Counted from the whole stretch's first letter, positions 25,800 to 38,571 are shown. The stretch: DNA of 59,171 bases, filler included, from Platydemus manokwari (GCA_037951405.1; 5 parts of 5 records of this genome joined end to end with filler, not necessarily neighbours in it), one strand, 5' to 3'. Numbers and translations: made by a program. Notes: generated by a model from the sequence alone, not told the origin.

Positions 25800-26670
25800 T
25801 GTAAATTGTCGATGATTTTACAGGAATTATCTTAATAGTTTTCGGGCTTCCTATTGAACGATTCGGATATCAATATTTAAATTGATCTTCCAGATGAATC
25901 TGGGCATATATTGGCAACAGGGAAGTTGACTTCTGCTTGACTGTCTCAGCAACGAATAATTGGAATGTTTGATATCAGGCACTCATAATGGGTCTTGGGC
26001 TTGTTGTAACAGGCGGGTTCAATGTTATTGATTTAAAGGGCCTATTTATACGAAATTTTATTGATGGAGAATTTTGATAAAAATACGGGCTGTTTTCTTT
26101 TTCATCCAGGCGAATTTCTTTTCATCAGGGCAATTTTTAGTTATTATGCAAAATATTTTGGTTTATTATTTTTTAGGGTTAATTGAATTATTTTTTTAAT
26201 AAACGGTTCCAATTTATGACTTTTAATTCTAAAATTGTTTATTTTAAAAATTCAATTTATATTTTGTTAACTTTTAACGGAATTTGTCCAGAATAAACAA
26301 AAGATGAAAAATGGAAAATATTATTAATAACAAAATTCACTACTGCTACACTTAGTACAATAATAAGAATTTCATCCACAAAATCAAGTTTTAATGTTCC
26401 CAAAATCCAACATTTAAAAAATATTTTATATTGAATTATAATTTTTTTTTGGTTATTTTGGTTGGGTCAAAATGGTCCGGTTAGTTCCCCACATTATTAT
26501 CGCCCCTTTAATTTTAATTTGGGGTTGTGTTTGGATTGTATTTGAGGTATTTCGGAATGCTTGGGGTTGTGATACTTTTCACCACGGCTATCTTGCTATC
26601 CCATATCCCATATGGCCTGATGGTGATTGGAATCTTCTCACTAACAGGCCTATAGTTTCCCAACAATATT
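25800..26670 (-). mobile_element. Copy 3 of the unrecognised ORF-bearing dispersed repeat (decayed)
   Basis: Peptide similarity to copies 1 and 2 at 26670-26380. Colinear nucleotide similarity of 25800-26420 with 34430-35233. Confidence 0.5.
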
Positions 26671-27952
26671 TGTCAAACAATTATTAAATTATGTAATTGT
26701 ATTATTGATTTGGTTTTAATTTACTGGTTCTCGAATGGGTTTGCTAACAAGTATTGGAGACAATACCCTCGAAAAATGGTATTTAACTTTGAGATAACGT
26801 TCAACTGCTATTGAAGTCTAAATATAACAATATTTGCTTTACATAAATAAAATATTGTTAGTGAAGCTTGGTTTATTATGACTTTATAATGTTACTTTAT
26901 TGTGGTCGACAAAACACTAAATAAGACCACTATTATTTATAATATTTTATTTTTTGAAAAATGAAAACAAAATAAGTAGGCAAAAGTAATAAATATTCAA
27001 TGACTGATGCCTTAAATAAGTAAATTATCAAGAAGACAAGAAAATTTATCAGTTGAAATATGATGGCTTTAAGTTATAATTAATGTTTAAATTATAATCT
27101 ATTATTAATGCTGATTAAATGAGATAAAGAAAATATTTATTAAAAAAATAATCTTATTGTTCTTCGCACAGGTGATTGATAAATTATTCTCATGCTCTAA
27201 GAACGAATATTAAATCTACAAGATATTTCTTACAATTCACAAATCTATTCTCTAATGAATTATTATTATTATTCCAAATTTTAACCACCAATAATCCAAA
27301 TGTGATTGCTCTTGATTATCAATGATAAATGCCTTGTATTAGCTTATAAGGTATTCGTATCTGTGTGTTTATCGACATTCGAGTGTGATATTTATAGTGG
27401 AATTAGTGGTCAGTGATTATTATTGGTTTTTTGTCTGGTTTTTATCATGAATATTTATTTCTCGAATAAACATTATTATTAATCATTATTTCTATTTTTC
27501 TTCATTTTTACTGTCTTATTTATTAATATATGTATTAATATTTTTTTAATTAGTTTTAATTTCATTATTAATGCCATCATTCAACCAATTCTTATCTTCT
27601 CCTTAAATGTAAATCAAATAGAAACACATCCTTATATTAATAATAAAGTATCCAATTACAAAGTAAATAAAACAATATTCAAATAAAATGAATAACGTAA
27701 TTTTTATAAAGCTTAAATTTGAACCGTTAAATTTCTATCGATGTAATTGAACACCAACCGAATATCTATAGTGATATTGGTATGGTATGGGATGGCTTTG
27801 GAACAAGATTTAAGGGTCGAATTGAAAAATTGTGGATTGATGAATTAATCGAATCTTGTGATCGAAATGAAGATTAAATTAGCTTGCTAACTGAGTTGGG
27901 CGACGGGTTTAAGTTAGTAAGATTTATTGTGTGCTGAGTTCTAACACAACTA

Positions 27953-28329
27953 CCGTAGATTACATAGATTGCCTACCTTTTTGCAAAAAAATCAGTCTAA
28001 AATTCAGAGGAGTCTTAATAGTCAGCAACTTGGCTTGTTGGATCAACCATTAATGCATGTTATTATCCAGCTTTCTGCCGTTATTCAGCTGTTTTATGAT
28101 GCTACACAACAAATTGATATTTAAGCTAACAAATTTGTGTGTAATTTTCTGATTCCCGTAAAATGGCTGAAAGGCGAAATTTCTATACCGCAAGATACAA
28201 GCTAAAACACGTGGAAACAGAAGATATATTTGAGAGTGTAGAAGAATTTCATGGTTTCTATGACGAATTAGGTTTTTCTAAGATTTTTTTATCTAAACTG
28301 ACGGCAGTCTTGATACACATAATTTACAG
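27953..28329 (+). mobile_element. Internally deleted pogo/Tc2-like transposon
   Basis: ORF 28163 fuses a pogo-type N-terminus (RRNFYTARYKL ~ RRSYTAxFKL) directly to a pogo-type acidic C-terminus (EDIFESVEEFHGF). Imperfect TIRs TA|CCGTAGATTACAT..AGATTGCC and GGCAGTCTT...ATAATTTACAG|TG. Confidence 0.65.
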
Positions 28330-28794
28330 TGCATTATTTTTACAAAAACTAATCTTTGCTGTTCCTTTGATACACAAGATATTGAATGTTTATTACGAAT
28401 CTTCGTAATTTATTGGTCTTTATTGTTTCTTATAACACAATACCAAACCTCAGCAACTTTATAACAAATATGATACGAGCTATTCTATCAATAATGAAAG
28501 TCAACCGGAACAAAAAAGTTTATTACTGACAGAAATAAATTCAATAAAACAACTCTGAATAATACAAGTTTAAATACAAAATGCGATCAAATAAAAGATC
28601 ACTTTCGAGTTTCCATCTCAAAATTTATCACATGATCAACGCGGAAATATTTCACCATTTCAGCCAATAATATTTGAGTTGTTGTGTGACTGCTACAAGT
28701 GCAAAAACATTTTATTATCAAACATACACACATACACACACACGCACAGAAATGGATCACAAAATCAATAATGCAAGACAACAAATTAAAATAT

Positions 28795-31700
28795 TTATTT
28801 TTTCTTTTTCGATTTCGATTTGATCGTGTTTCTTTTCTCGACAAATTTCTGCAACTCCGGTCCGAACACGGTTTTGAAATGCTGCAAGCCTTCCACGTTG
28901 AAACCCAGCAAATCCTACACAATGCATCACCATGACAACAGTTCAGCAGGGAATATCATAGAATTACCTCATAGTTTTTCATAGCAATGCAGCCATGCCT
29001 AGCAACCGAATCGATCAGTGACACAAATTTCTCATTGGTTGTTATGAATTTGAAATGCATTTTCGCCAAGAACAACAAGCACCGACACGTTAGCAACACT
29101 TCTCGATTGCGCATCACAAAACCACACAAGATCTCCATCAATACCGCAACATATGTCAATGGCAACTGAGCCAAAGTGAACTCGAGATCACCGCTCTTGA
29201 TCCTGCGCATCGTCTCCAATAAATACAGATCGGGATCTGTGAATCCCATGGCGCTCATTTTCTGATTGGGCACTGCTCGAGGGTCCGTCTTGAGCTCGTC
29301 GTAGTGGTCGAGCGCTTCGATCAATTCGTCGGCACACCGTTCAGTATTGATTGTTTTCTTGGTGAGCAGATTGCTCTCGGTGTTCCTCGGTGCTCCGACA
29401 ATCGTGATCTCCTCTCTCACCATTTCTTCCTTCTCGTGCTGGGCATTTATTTCGTCCTCCTTTTCCGCTTCCAAAGAGAGAATTTCCTCACTCTCGTACC
29501 ACAGCCGAATGCTGCCATCTGTGCTCACAGAAACCAGCTCGGCATCGCCCAACTCCTCTCCCTCATTGTCTCTCTCGTTTCCTGTCGATTCAATCGCCAA
29601 ACTGGTGATCTGTGCGCCATGGCCTCTCAGCTTCATGATGGCCGTCATGTTGTTGAGATCGATCTGGATAACCAAGCCGCCCTTATCGCAAGAGAATGCC
29701 ATCGATCGACCGAGAATATATTTGACATCCGTCACGCTACATTGAACAGAACAATCAATCAATAACACACGCACACACACACAATCAATAATCTCACGGA
29801 TCTTTGTGGCCACGGAAAATCTTGCAATCACCAAACGGCAAATTCCAGGCTCGAACTGTCTTGTCGCCGGCACCCGATATGATTTGCGAGCTGTCGTATT
29901 TGATTGACAAACACGTGACTGGTTCTGTGTGGCCATGGAGATCGAGGATATGCTTGGAGGTGTCTGTGGCGAGATAAGTGCGAACTTTGTTGTCCAGGAA
30001 GGCGATAGCCATCAATTGGCCATCTGGCGTTGTCTCGATGCACGAAATGCCATTCTTGAAGCTGGTGTCGGTCTGCAATTTAAGCTGCAGGCGTCCCTTC
30101 AACCCCCTTTTGGCGTCGCTATTGGTTACGTATTCGATATTCCATGTTTTCATGTGTTTGTCGGTGCTGGTTGAAATAATGCTCGATTTGTCAGCAGTAG
30201 TGATGAGCGACGAGATGGATTCCTGATGTTCTCGCATAAATTGCATGATCGATCCATCCACCAGATGATACACAAACATGACACCGTTCTATAATCAATC
30301 ACTGTTGTCATGGTGATTTGATTAGAAATTGATTACCTTGAATCCAATCACGGCATGGCGATCTCCTGGCAACAACAAAGCCGTCGACGCTTCGAGTTTC
30401 TCACCTGATTTTAGGTCGAGACTCTCGTAAATCTTGCGGAACTCATCACAGTTGTCGGAATTTTTCTGCTCCTTCTGTGACCAATTAAGCGTGAAATAGC
30501 ATTTCAACTGTGACCTGAATCGATAGAAAATAGAGAATTCAATCACAACGATCTCCATCCGACACAAATCACCTACTTTTCCCAAAGTTTGGCCTCGGAA
30601 AGCGACACCGTAAACAAGCCCGTGTTGTCCGATGTGAATTGGGCGTGAATCACTGCGGTGCGATGGCCTGGTTGTGTGATTTGGTCACGGATGAACAATT
30701 CGGTACCGTTTGGCAAATTGAAATACATCACGGCCACACTGTTGTTATTCAATGAAGCGAGAAATTCGAGCTGCTGACAGTCCTGGGAGATCTTGTGAAT
30801 CATGTCGACAGATTTGCATCGTGCTGGCAAATCCACTACTCGAATCAGTTTCAATCGATCTGTTGGCATCAGAATGACTTCTGTCGCATCGGTCGCAGTG
30901 CTAAACAAATCGATATCGATCAAAACAAATTAAATCATTTCATCCCACCTGGAGGCTTTCTTGGATTTCTTTTTCAGTCTTTTCTTCAATTCGAGTTCAC
31001 TCAATATTTTATACACCTCCAATTTGCGTTCGGACGTCTAGAAATTAATCAATATCAATGAATTCACTCATCCATGACCGGGTGGTTATAAATCTTACAT
31101 TGCACACCAAATAACCGCCATCCTGATCGACAATCATCTGCACAATGCGTTTGGCGGTATTTCTTGCAACTTCGCCCAAATAATTGGCCTGAATTTTGTT
31201 GCTGAACAAATCGGCTGTCGATTCTGAAATGTTGAACTGAGTGCCTTTGTCAGCTGGATTTGTGAAATGCAATTTCCACATCCGGATCAGTGCATCACTG
31301 CTTCCAGTGATGAGCAATTGTTGAGCTTCACAATAATGGAAATCCCACACTTCATTCGTGTTAGACAACGTTTTGAAGCAATGACGCTCTTCGACAGCCC
31401 AGAATTTGATATTGCCATCTTGTGAACTCGATATCAAGATATCTTCTTTCCATAGATATGTGAGCTTAGTTATTGGGCTAATATGGCCCTTCAATTCAAA
31501 ACCTTGCTCCTCTTGAATATCAATAACCGTTATCGAGGTGTCCTAGAATGAGTTTTGTTGAATTATTATTGGATTTTTTATTCATCAAAATTAACTTTGC
31601 TGCCACATATGATCCTTTCACCGTAAGGTTTGCAATATGTAATATAGGATACAGGATGTTTATGACATTTTAAACTGATTAACTTTTCCATTTTCCATAA

Positions 31701-32051
31701 AGAATAAACAGAAACATATCCAGACTCATAACCAATTGATATTGTCAAGCCGAATGTGTTGGAATTGAAATAGGTTAAAAAGGTTACTCTATCATCAACT
31801 TGGCCGTGAATAGTTTCTACCTTAATATTTCCATCACATCTGACTCAATTAATAAATCAAATTTTTACTATTTCATTTGTTTGCATATTCCATATTATAA
31901 CATCTTCAGCAAAACCAACCATACAAAGTGAACCAATGTTGCCACTTTTGTTTGGTAGGTAGCAAATATTACTTTTTTCACATCCAATAACACCAAATAA
32001 ATTATCTAGCTTGAATTTTAAATAATTTTTTACGATTCCTAATTTTGTCAT
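28795..32051 (-). CDS. WDR3: WD repeat-containing protein 3 / U3 snoRNA-associated protein 12 (SSU processome), 940 aa
   Basis: Nine exons splice in frame: 32051-31869, 31820-31596, 31542-31099, 31037-30949, 30900-30577, 30514-30337, 30288-29798, 29736-28968, 28914-28795 (2823 nt). Introns are GT-AG, 48-62 nt. N-terminal LGIVKNYLKF..FGVIG, WD40 repeats (GHTEPVTCLSI..DSSQIISGAGDKTVRAWNLPFGDC) and Utp12 C-terminal domain (IKSGDLEFTLAQLP...DLLGFN). Confidence 0.95.
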
Positions 32052-32949
32052 TATTAACGCTAAATTTAATTGATATTATTCAAACAAAACAACTAATTAC
32101 TTTTTTAGAAGATTTTAAACCTCTAGTTAATTTAAATTTTCTATTTAAAGATGTGAAAATTATTTCAAATGATCAAATCACAAATATTTTTAATTAACAT
32201 AGGTTTAAGTCAAGAAAAAGGGTTTTTTGATCTATTTTTTTAATGATTTTAGGTGCATCATTTAATATTAAAATTTATTTGTAATCATATTTTAATGAAA
32301 TTTTAGCTAAAGCTCAATTTTAGATTAAAACGGAATAAACGACTTCAACAATCTGTATATATTATGGATCCTGGTTTCATCCAGCTAAAATTTAATAAAA
32401 AATATCATTTTAAATATAACATTTATGTTTACCTTGTGTTTATTGCTTCCTTAGTCGCTGCGCTTCGATTGTCAACTAGAAAAATTATGCAATTCGTTTT
32501 AATATAACTCTCCTGTCTTTAACAACTCAAATACAATGTCTGTGACATCCTCTATTATATTTAACTTCTCCAAAATAGACCTCATCAATTTTCATGACGA
32601 TATTTCGGTTGACTAGTTGACTTTTCAAGATACATGATAAAAATCAAATAAGTATATATTTATTTAATAAATTCAATTTTAAATAGTTCCACTTTAATTA
32701 AATATTTCAGAGTTATCTGAAGAATGTTGAATGTCTATAAGAGATCACATGTTTTAAAAGCATGATTATTTTATCGTAAACAAAATTGTCCATGTTTCAT
32801 ATATATTGCATTGTGAGGTGATTTATTTAGACTTAAAATTAAAAAATAAAATTGATGATTTACTCCTTTTATATTCAAATGATTAGTGATGATTACACAA
32901 ATATTCTGACAACTAATATATTAATAAGTTGTGTGAAGATCGAATAATA

Positions 32950-33195
32950 TATATGTTGGATATGCACAGCCTACAAACACCCTACAAATATCCCAATTTA
33001 CACTCTAAAAACACCCTACAAATATACACCCTTTCAACACCTGTGCATATGTAAAACCCTACAATTATCATTGACCCCGAATGTGATCCAAAAAATAATA
33101 CACCGAAAAATAACCCATGTATATAGAATATAGCCAAATATAATAAACACCCATGCATATTTTAAACCCTAAAAATATACATTGACCCTGAGTAT
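32950..33195. repeat. Degenerate tandem repeats (ACCCTACAAATAT core) at the edge of an LTR-like block
   Basis: Repeated CACCCTACAAATAT / AAACCCTACAATTAT / AAACCCTAAAAATAT units and a duplicated CATTGACCC. Confidence 0.6.
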
Positions 33196-34429
33196 GGACT
33201 GACCTGCTGCTGATAAATCAAATAATAAATCAAATCAACAATGCTAGCCAATTATGCCAACAATATTATCCGAAAGCAACAATCGTGATCAATAACAATA
33301 ACTGCTTTTACTCTGATTAATTGCTTTCACTCTGATTAATAAACATTGTGCATTATATGTTGTAGTTGTTTAATTTATTATTTGCGCTTTATTATTATTG
33401 TTTTTATGTTAAAATCCGGTGGAGATGAAGATACGGAGAGAAATAAATAATTAATAAATAATGAAATTAAATAAATAATAAATAATATAGGCAAATGAAC
33501 AATAATTAATATCAAGTTAAATATTACAAAATAACAATGATAAATAATAAGAAATATAATAATTTTCAGAAAGTCGATTACAATGGATAATAAGAATAAG
33601 ATAACATCATTATTTATTCATACAAAGCGTGTGAAAAAATGGTAAAATGGATGATCGGCATGAAGAGCCGTGTGAGGGGGTCGAAGTTGCCAACGCATAT
33701 AAATAGCGGCGTTGGTCATAAGATCACCACCACATAAAAACCACGAACAAACCGCGAAGAAAAAAGACGTCAAGAACTGCTATAATTAATCACTACAAAC
33801 AAATTGCGACGATAGGCGATCATTGTGGTCTACGGGGAGATAGTGAATTCAAGTTAATTTCACATATTAGCAGCTGCGTTTAATCGTTCTTTACAGAATA
33901 AATTACAGAAAATCGTATCGCAGCCGAAATTTTATTTGTACACAGCTCGGAACATTTATAAGAAGACATCGAACGAATCAACAATTTTTTCTGGGATTTT
34001 ATGCGAATTGGATTTTTGCCGAATTATTATCATAGACACAGAAAGAGTTAATTTTCTACTTCAGTACGTTTGCAATCACATTCATTTGCTTTAATAATTT
34101 AATTTAAAAGCTGTATTTTTGACATCATAATAATAATTGAATTTATTAATTCTATGCAATATATTAATAATCTCATCTCTCCGTATCACTAAAATCTCCG
34201 TCCGGTCACAGGATTACTCGTTAATCGCTGAGGCGAGGTACGAGATATTTTGCTCAAATTTTGTTTTCGTTTTATACTAATTGTTCTATTCATTTTCCTA
34301 AATAAACATTTTGAAACCCCAAGTTGCATTATCATTACAGCGTATTAATAATTATTAACTAATTTTAACGATAGCAAGGGTAAACGGATTATTGTATTAT
34401 CATCGAACTAACTACCGATAGATTTTAAA

Positions 34430-35233
34430 TCTCATATTATTTTAGGCCCAGAGAGACAACGCATTCTCTGTGCTACAATCCGAAAATCAATACATTAAAT
34501 TTGTTTTCCAACAGCTTGGTCTTCAATACCAGTTGTTGAAGCCCCTTTAGGACCAGTGAATTTAGATTAAATCGCGCCCAATAACGGTTATTACCAACCA
34601 CTAAACGAAAGTGAGAATATCATTCAATAAAAACAACCAACACCAAAATCTATCATTTAATATTTATATGGGTTTTTATTCGGACTGAATTTCGGTTGAA
34701 ATGCGGGTTCTTTTTAATCTATTTTGAAAAAATTTTCATTTAATACGGGTTGTCATTTTTTTAATGCAGGTGGAAAATGATGTTTATTATATCTTAAATA
34801 AAGGGATTTATTTCTATTGATGTTCGTTTTAGTTGCCAGCTAATTTTTAATCAATTTTTATACGGGTTTTTTATCATTCAATTATTTTATAAGTGTATTT
34901 TGTATATTTTGGTATTTTAAAATAAGGGTATTTTTTAGTTACTGGGTTTAAAATACGAGTAAATTTTCGGGCTTAATTATATTTTAATAACCGGTTCTTT
35001 TATTTTTCAAAGTTATTTCAATTTTAATTTAACTTTATTATACTCATTGTTGCGAAACATTGTCCCGAAAGAAAAATAAAAGGGATAAAAAGGTATAATT
35101 AACAATAAAAATTGCTTCGAATATACACAGAATATTTACTTAATGAGCATTATAAGAAGTTCATGCACAATAATAAATACGGAGTCATATCTCCTAAACG
35201 AATAAAGTTATTTTCCAAAACCCAACATTGTTA
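34430..35233 (-). mobile_element. Copy 4 of the dispersed repeat (truncated by gap)
   Basis: Colinear similarity to 25800-26420, e.g. TTGTCC.GAA..AAA..AAA.GAT.AAAA and TAAGAA.TTCAT.CACAA...TTCC.AAA.CCAACATT. Confidence 0.5.
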
Positions 35234-35333
35234 NNNNNNNNNNNNNNNNNNNNNNNNNNNNNNNNNNNNNNNNNNNNTTAATTAATTAANNNNNNNNNNN
35301 NNNNNNNNNNNNNNNNNNNNNNNNNNNNNNNNN
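35234..35333. other. Artificial assembly spacer
   Basis: 44 N + TTAATTAATTAA + 44 N. Confidence 0.97.
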
Positions 35334-35416
35334 ACGTAAGATCGACTTTTCATTTGAATAACATCTCACGCGATAGACTAAAATTGGCTTCAAGATCGAC
35401 CGGTTGGCCAACCCTG
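35334..35416. mobile_element. hAT (Charlie-like) right terminus
   Basis: ...GATCGACCGGTTGGCCAACCCTG followed by GTCTAGAT, matching the NTCTAGAN target consensus of hAT-Charlie; subterminal GATCGAC repeats. Confidence 0.7.
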
Positions 35417-36372
35417 GTCTAGATGATCGAAAGGCTGTATTTTATGGATAATTCATTTAATTAGGTGGTTTAATGAAAAAATATTTTAATAAACTTCTTC
35501 ATTATGATCCTACAAATATTTTAGTTTACCAATATAATAAAATAGCAATATAATAAAATCGCAATTGGTAAGTTCACGTTACGAACTAAATACTTTAGAA
35601 TTAGTACGTTTTTTTTAAAAATATATAATATGATGTCACATAAACAAGAAAAAATGCAATACGATAAACAAAATTGAAAACAAATATTTTGACAACACTG
35701 CTCATATTTTCTATTCAGATCAAAATTATACTAAATAATTAACAACAAATATAATTTGATTAATATCAACTTAAAATTATAATGACATTGTGTAAAAGCT
35801 TACAGTGAAAGGGTATTAAATATTCTTTTTCAAGATCCTTTTACAAAGGAAACTAATGTGTAATTAAATATTTTTTTTTAAAATTTAAAACCAAAGAAAT
35901 AAGAATGCTTAAATTTAATCTACATTTGTAATACATTCCTTTATTATTATAAATACTCAAAACTCTTAATTGCCAAATAAATCAGTGATTTTATTCCAAT
36001 ATATATATGAATTCATTTGGAGTAGTTGAAAGTAGGAATCAATTGATTTTCTAACCGATTCAGCAGTTGTGATTTGAATAAATGTTTGAGTATTGTTTAT
36101 ATTTATTTTAATACCACTATAAATATATAAATTATTCGTCTATAAGTTCATAAAAACATATTATAAAATCCACGATATTATGAATAATATAGAAAATTCA
36201 ATGGATAATATCAAACCTATGAAAGAAGAACATCATATAGTGTAGAAACAGCATTGGTTTGATTCAATTTATATTACACATAAGCAATATAAACTTATAG
36301 CAATTATGGTATTTTTATGAATAAAATATCTTTAAAATTGAATCGATTTAAGATAACAATCATCGATTAATA

Positions 36373-36669
36373 ATGAAAATCGTGGCTTTCTATTTGTCTA
36401 TAAAATTAATTTTGAGCTGTATTCATGTTGTTTGCAGTAAATTTTGGGTGTTTTGGCCCGGTGGAATTTCATGGTGGATGTGGAGAATGCAAATGGGATT
36501 TAGTGCTTACTACACTGGATTTTACATACATTATTTTTCCGAATGGAAAGACTTAACTGGAAATATAATTTGGAAAAATGCTGAATTTGAAGAGCCAATG
36601 TTTTTTCAGAAAATTTCTAGCTTTGTCCCGGCTTATTTAAGGTCATTTGTAAATTTTATGAATTTTTGA
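36373..36669 (+). other. Unassigned Trp/Phe-rich ORF (possible exon or pseudogene fragment)
   Basis: 98-aa ORF in a locally GC-richer patch; no recognisable family. Confidence 0.2.
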
Positions 36670-37296
36670 ATTTGAAATAAATACAAAATAAATTCAATGC
36701 TTTATCAAAAGAAAAAATATCTATTCACAAATTTCCAAACTTCTTAGTACATAGGAATTCATGTTTCTACTTTGGCATAGTTTCTATTGTATTTTTACTA
36801 ATGTAATTAAAGCTAAGAAGAAATTTTTATAGCTGTCGCTGAGTCTTCATCAGAAATTTTTCAAAATAACCTTTAATTCAATTGCTGGTGCTGCAATAAC
36901 AATCCAACTCAGTCTATCAATGAAACTCTTATTCTTATATATTTATATTTGAATAATGTAATTCGTGATATAATCTTTATCTAATATAATTTTGATTGTT
37001 AAAGTGATTGTACCAGCAAAGTTTAAGAAAGCCTTTTGAGCAAAATATTAAAGGCAGCCAATGCAAAAATTATTTCAAAGGTGTTACTGAGATAAAAAAT
37101 AAATAATATTCTTTATTTATTCATTTTGAGATTTCAAATTATTGCAATGGTAATCCTAGTTTCTTTCTTATTTATCTATTATCTTATTTAAGAATTAAAA
37201 TTCTTATTTTAAATTTTTATATTACTGTCTCTTGAAGTTGTTTATTTTCGATTATTTGGAAAATTGAGCATTTTTGATTCCAAGATAACTAATAAT

Positions 37297-38424
37297 AGTA
37301 TCTACTATTTACTCTTAAAATAGTAAAATCTAAAGAAATATTTTAAAGTAGGCCAATAAAACTTTTAATTAATAATAAATAAATAATTGTTAAAAAATAG
37401 GGAGAACTAATAATTTTTAATTTCTCTAAAATGAACCAACAATTTTATCGTGTAGCCTAAAGTCAAAGTCGACAGGTTTTTGTCGACTGCTTGTTTCTTA
37501 GTTCATAAAACTGCCCAAACTGAAACTGGATAATTATTCATTAATTATTATTCATTAGTTGCTAATAAAATTATTAATTTCTTGAAAAAAAGCTCTTAAC
37601 ATTAAATATTCAAAATAAAATTAAAGTTTTTAAAACAAATAAATTAATAAAATAATTTGTCAATAATTAAAATTTTTTTTTCTAAATCATCAATAATATT
37701 AAAAAAATTCAATATCATCAGATTTAAACATTTCCTTGTCCATATTCTTTATTTAATTTCATTTAAGAAATTTTCAGGCTATATGGTTGACATAGCATGC
37801 GATTCACCGCGTAGATTTCTTAACTTCAATAAGTTTCTTTCATTAAAACTTCTTAACTTCCTATTTCAGGATTTAAAATCTTGCATGCCATTTAAATAAG
37901 CTATTTGAACTGCTTTTTCTTTTATTATATTATCCGTAATGATAACACCTATTTCTTCAAGTCTATCAACCCATGCGGGCAATTCTTTGTCTAAAACATT
38001 AAATTTTAAAACGGGATTTCGCAAACCACTTTTATGTACAAGGTCAGTATTTCGAATAAAAAATTCTTGTTTCTTCTGATATCATTGATAGTTCTTCTTG
38101 AAAGTTCTTTTTAAATTTACATGAGAAAACTTCTGTTATCCTGTTATCTGAATATACAGGATAAGATTCAATGTACTTCAAAATTTCAATTTTTTCAACA
38201 ACAGTTAACTTTACACACCTTCGTTTTGCCATTAAAAAGTTCCAATAAAAATTTTTTAAATAAACATTTAATATTAAAACAACGTTATCATATCAAAAAT
38301 TAAAACAAATCATTAAAATGTTTTTTAAAAAATGTGACGGTTAACAGAACTGGCAGCTAGAAGGAGTTTTCTATTATAAATTTTAAACTTCCTAAAAATT
38401 TGGTGGTTAAAAGGAGGAATACTG
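37297..38424 (-). mobile_element. Tigger/pogo-family transposon remnant (CENP-B-type HTH transposase, frameshifted and truncated)
   Basis: MAKRRCVKLTVVEKIEIL (HTH_psq-like) continues after a frameshift as RTINDIRRNK...LDKELPAWVDRLEEIGVIITDNIIKEKA...FKS..KLRSF..RNLLKLRNLRGES (CENP-B HTH). Terminus TA|CAGTATTCCTCC at 38424; other end tentative. Confidence 0.85.
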
Positions 38425-38571
38425 TACAAAACATTTTATAATTAAAATAGTTTCCAGTGCATTTATAATGAGTTTGATTTAATATTATAAATCAATATGA
38501 ACTCAAAAAACAAATGAAATAAGTGTTAATAATGTTAAATGAATAAATATTTACTTCATTTAACATTGAAG

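Noticed and set aside
27770-27875. Tc1-like peptide MVWDGFG...IEKLW..ELIES
   Set aside because: Suggestive of a deleted Tc1 transposase but too short to support as a feature.
28599-31061. Antisense and alternative-frame ORFs overlapping WDR3
   Set aside because: Expected by-product of the GC-rich coding strand; all conserved signal lies in the WDR3 frame.
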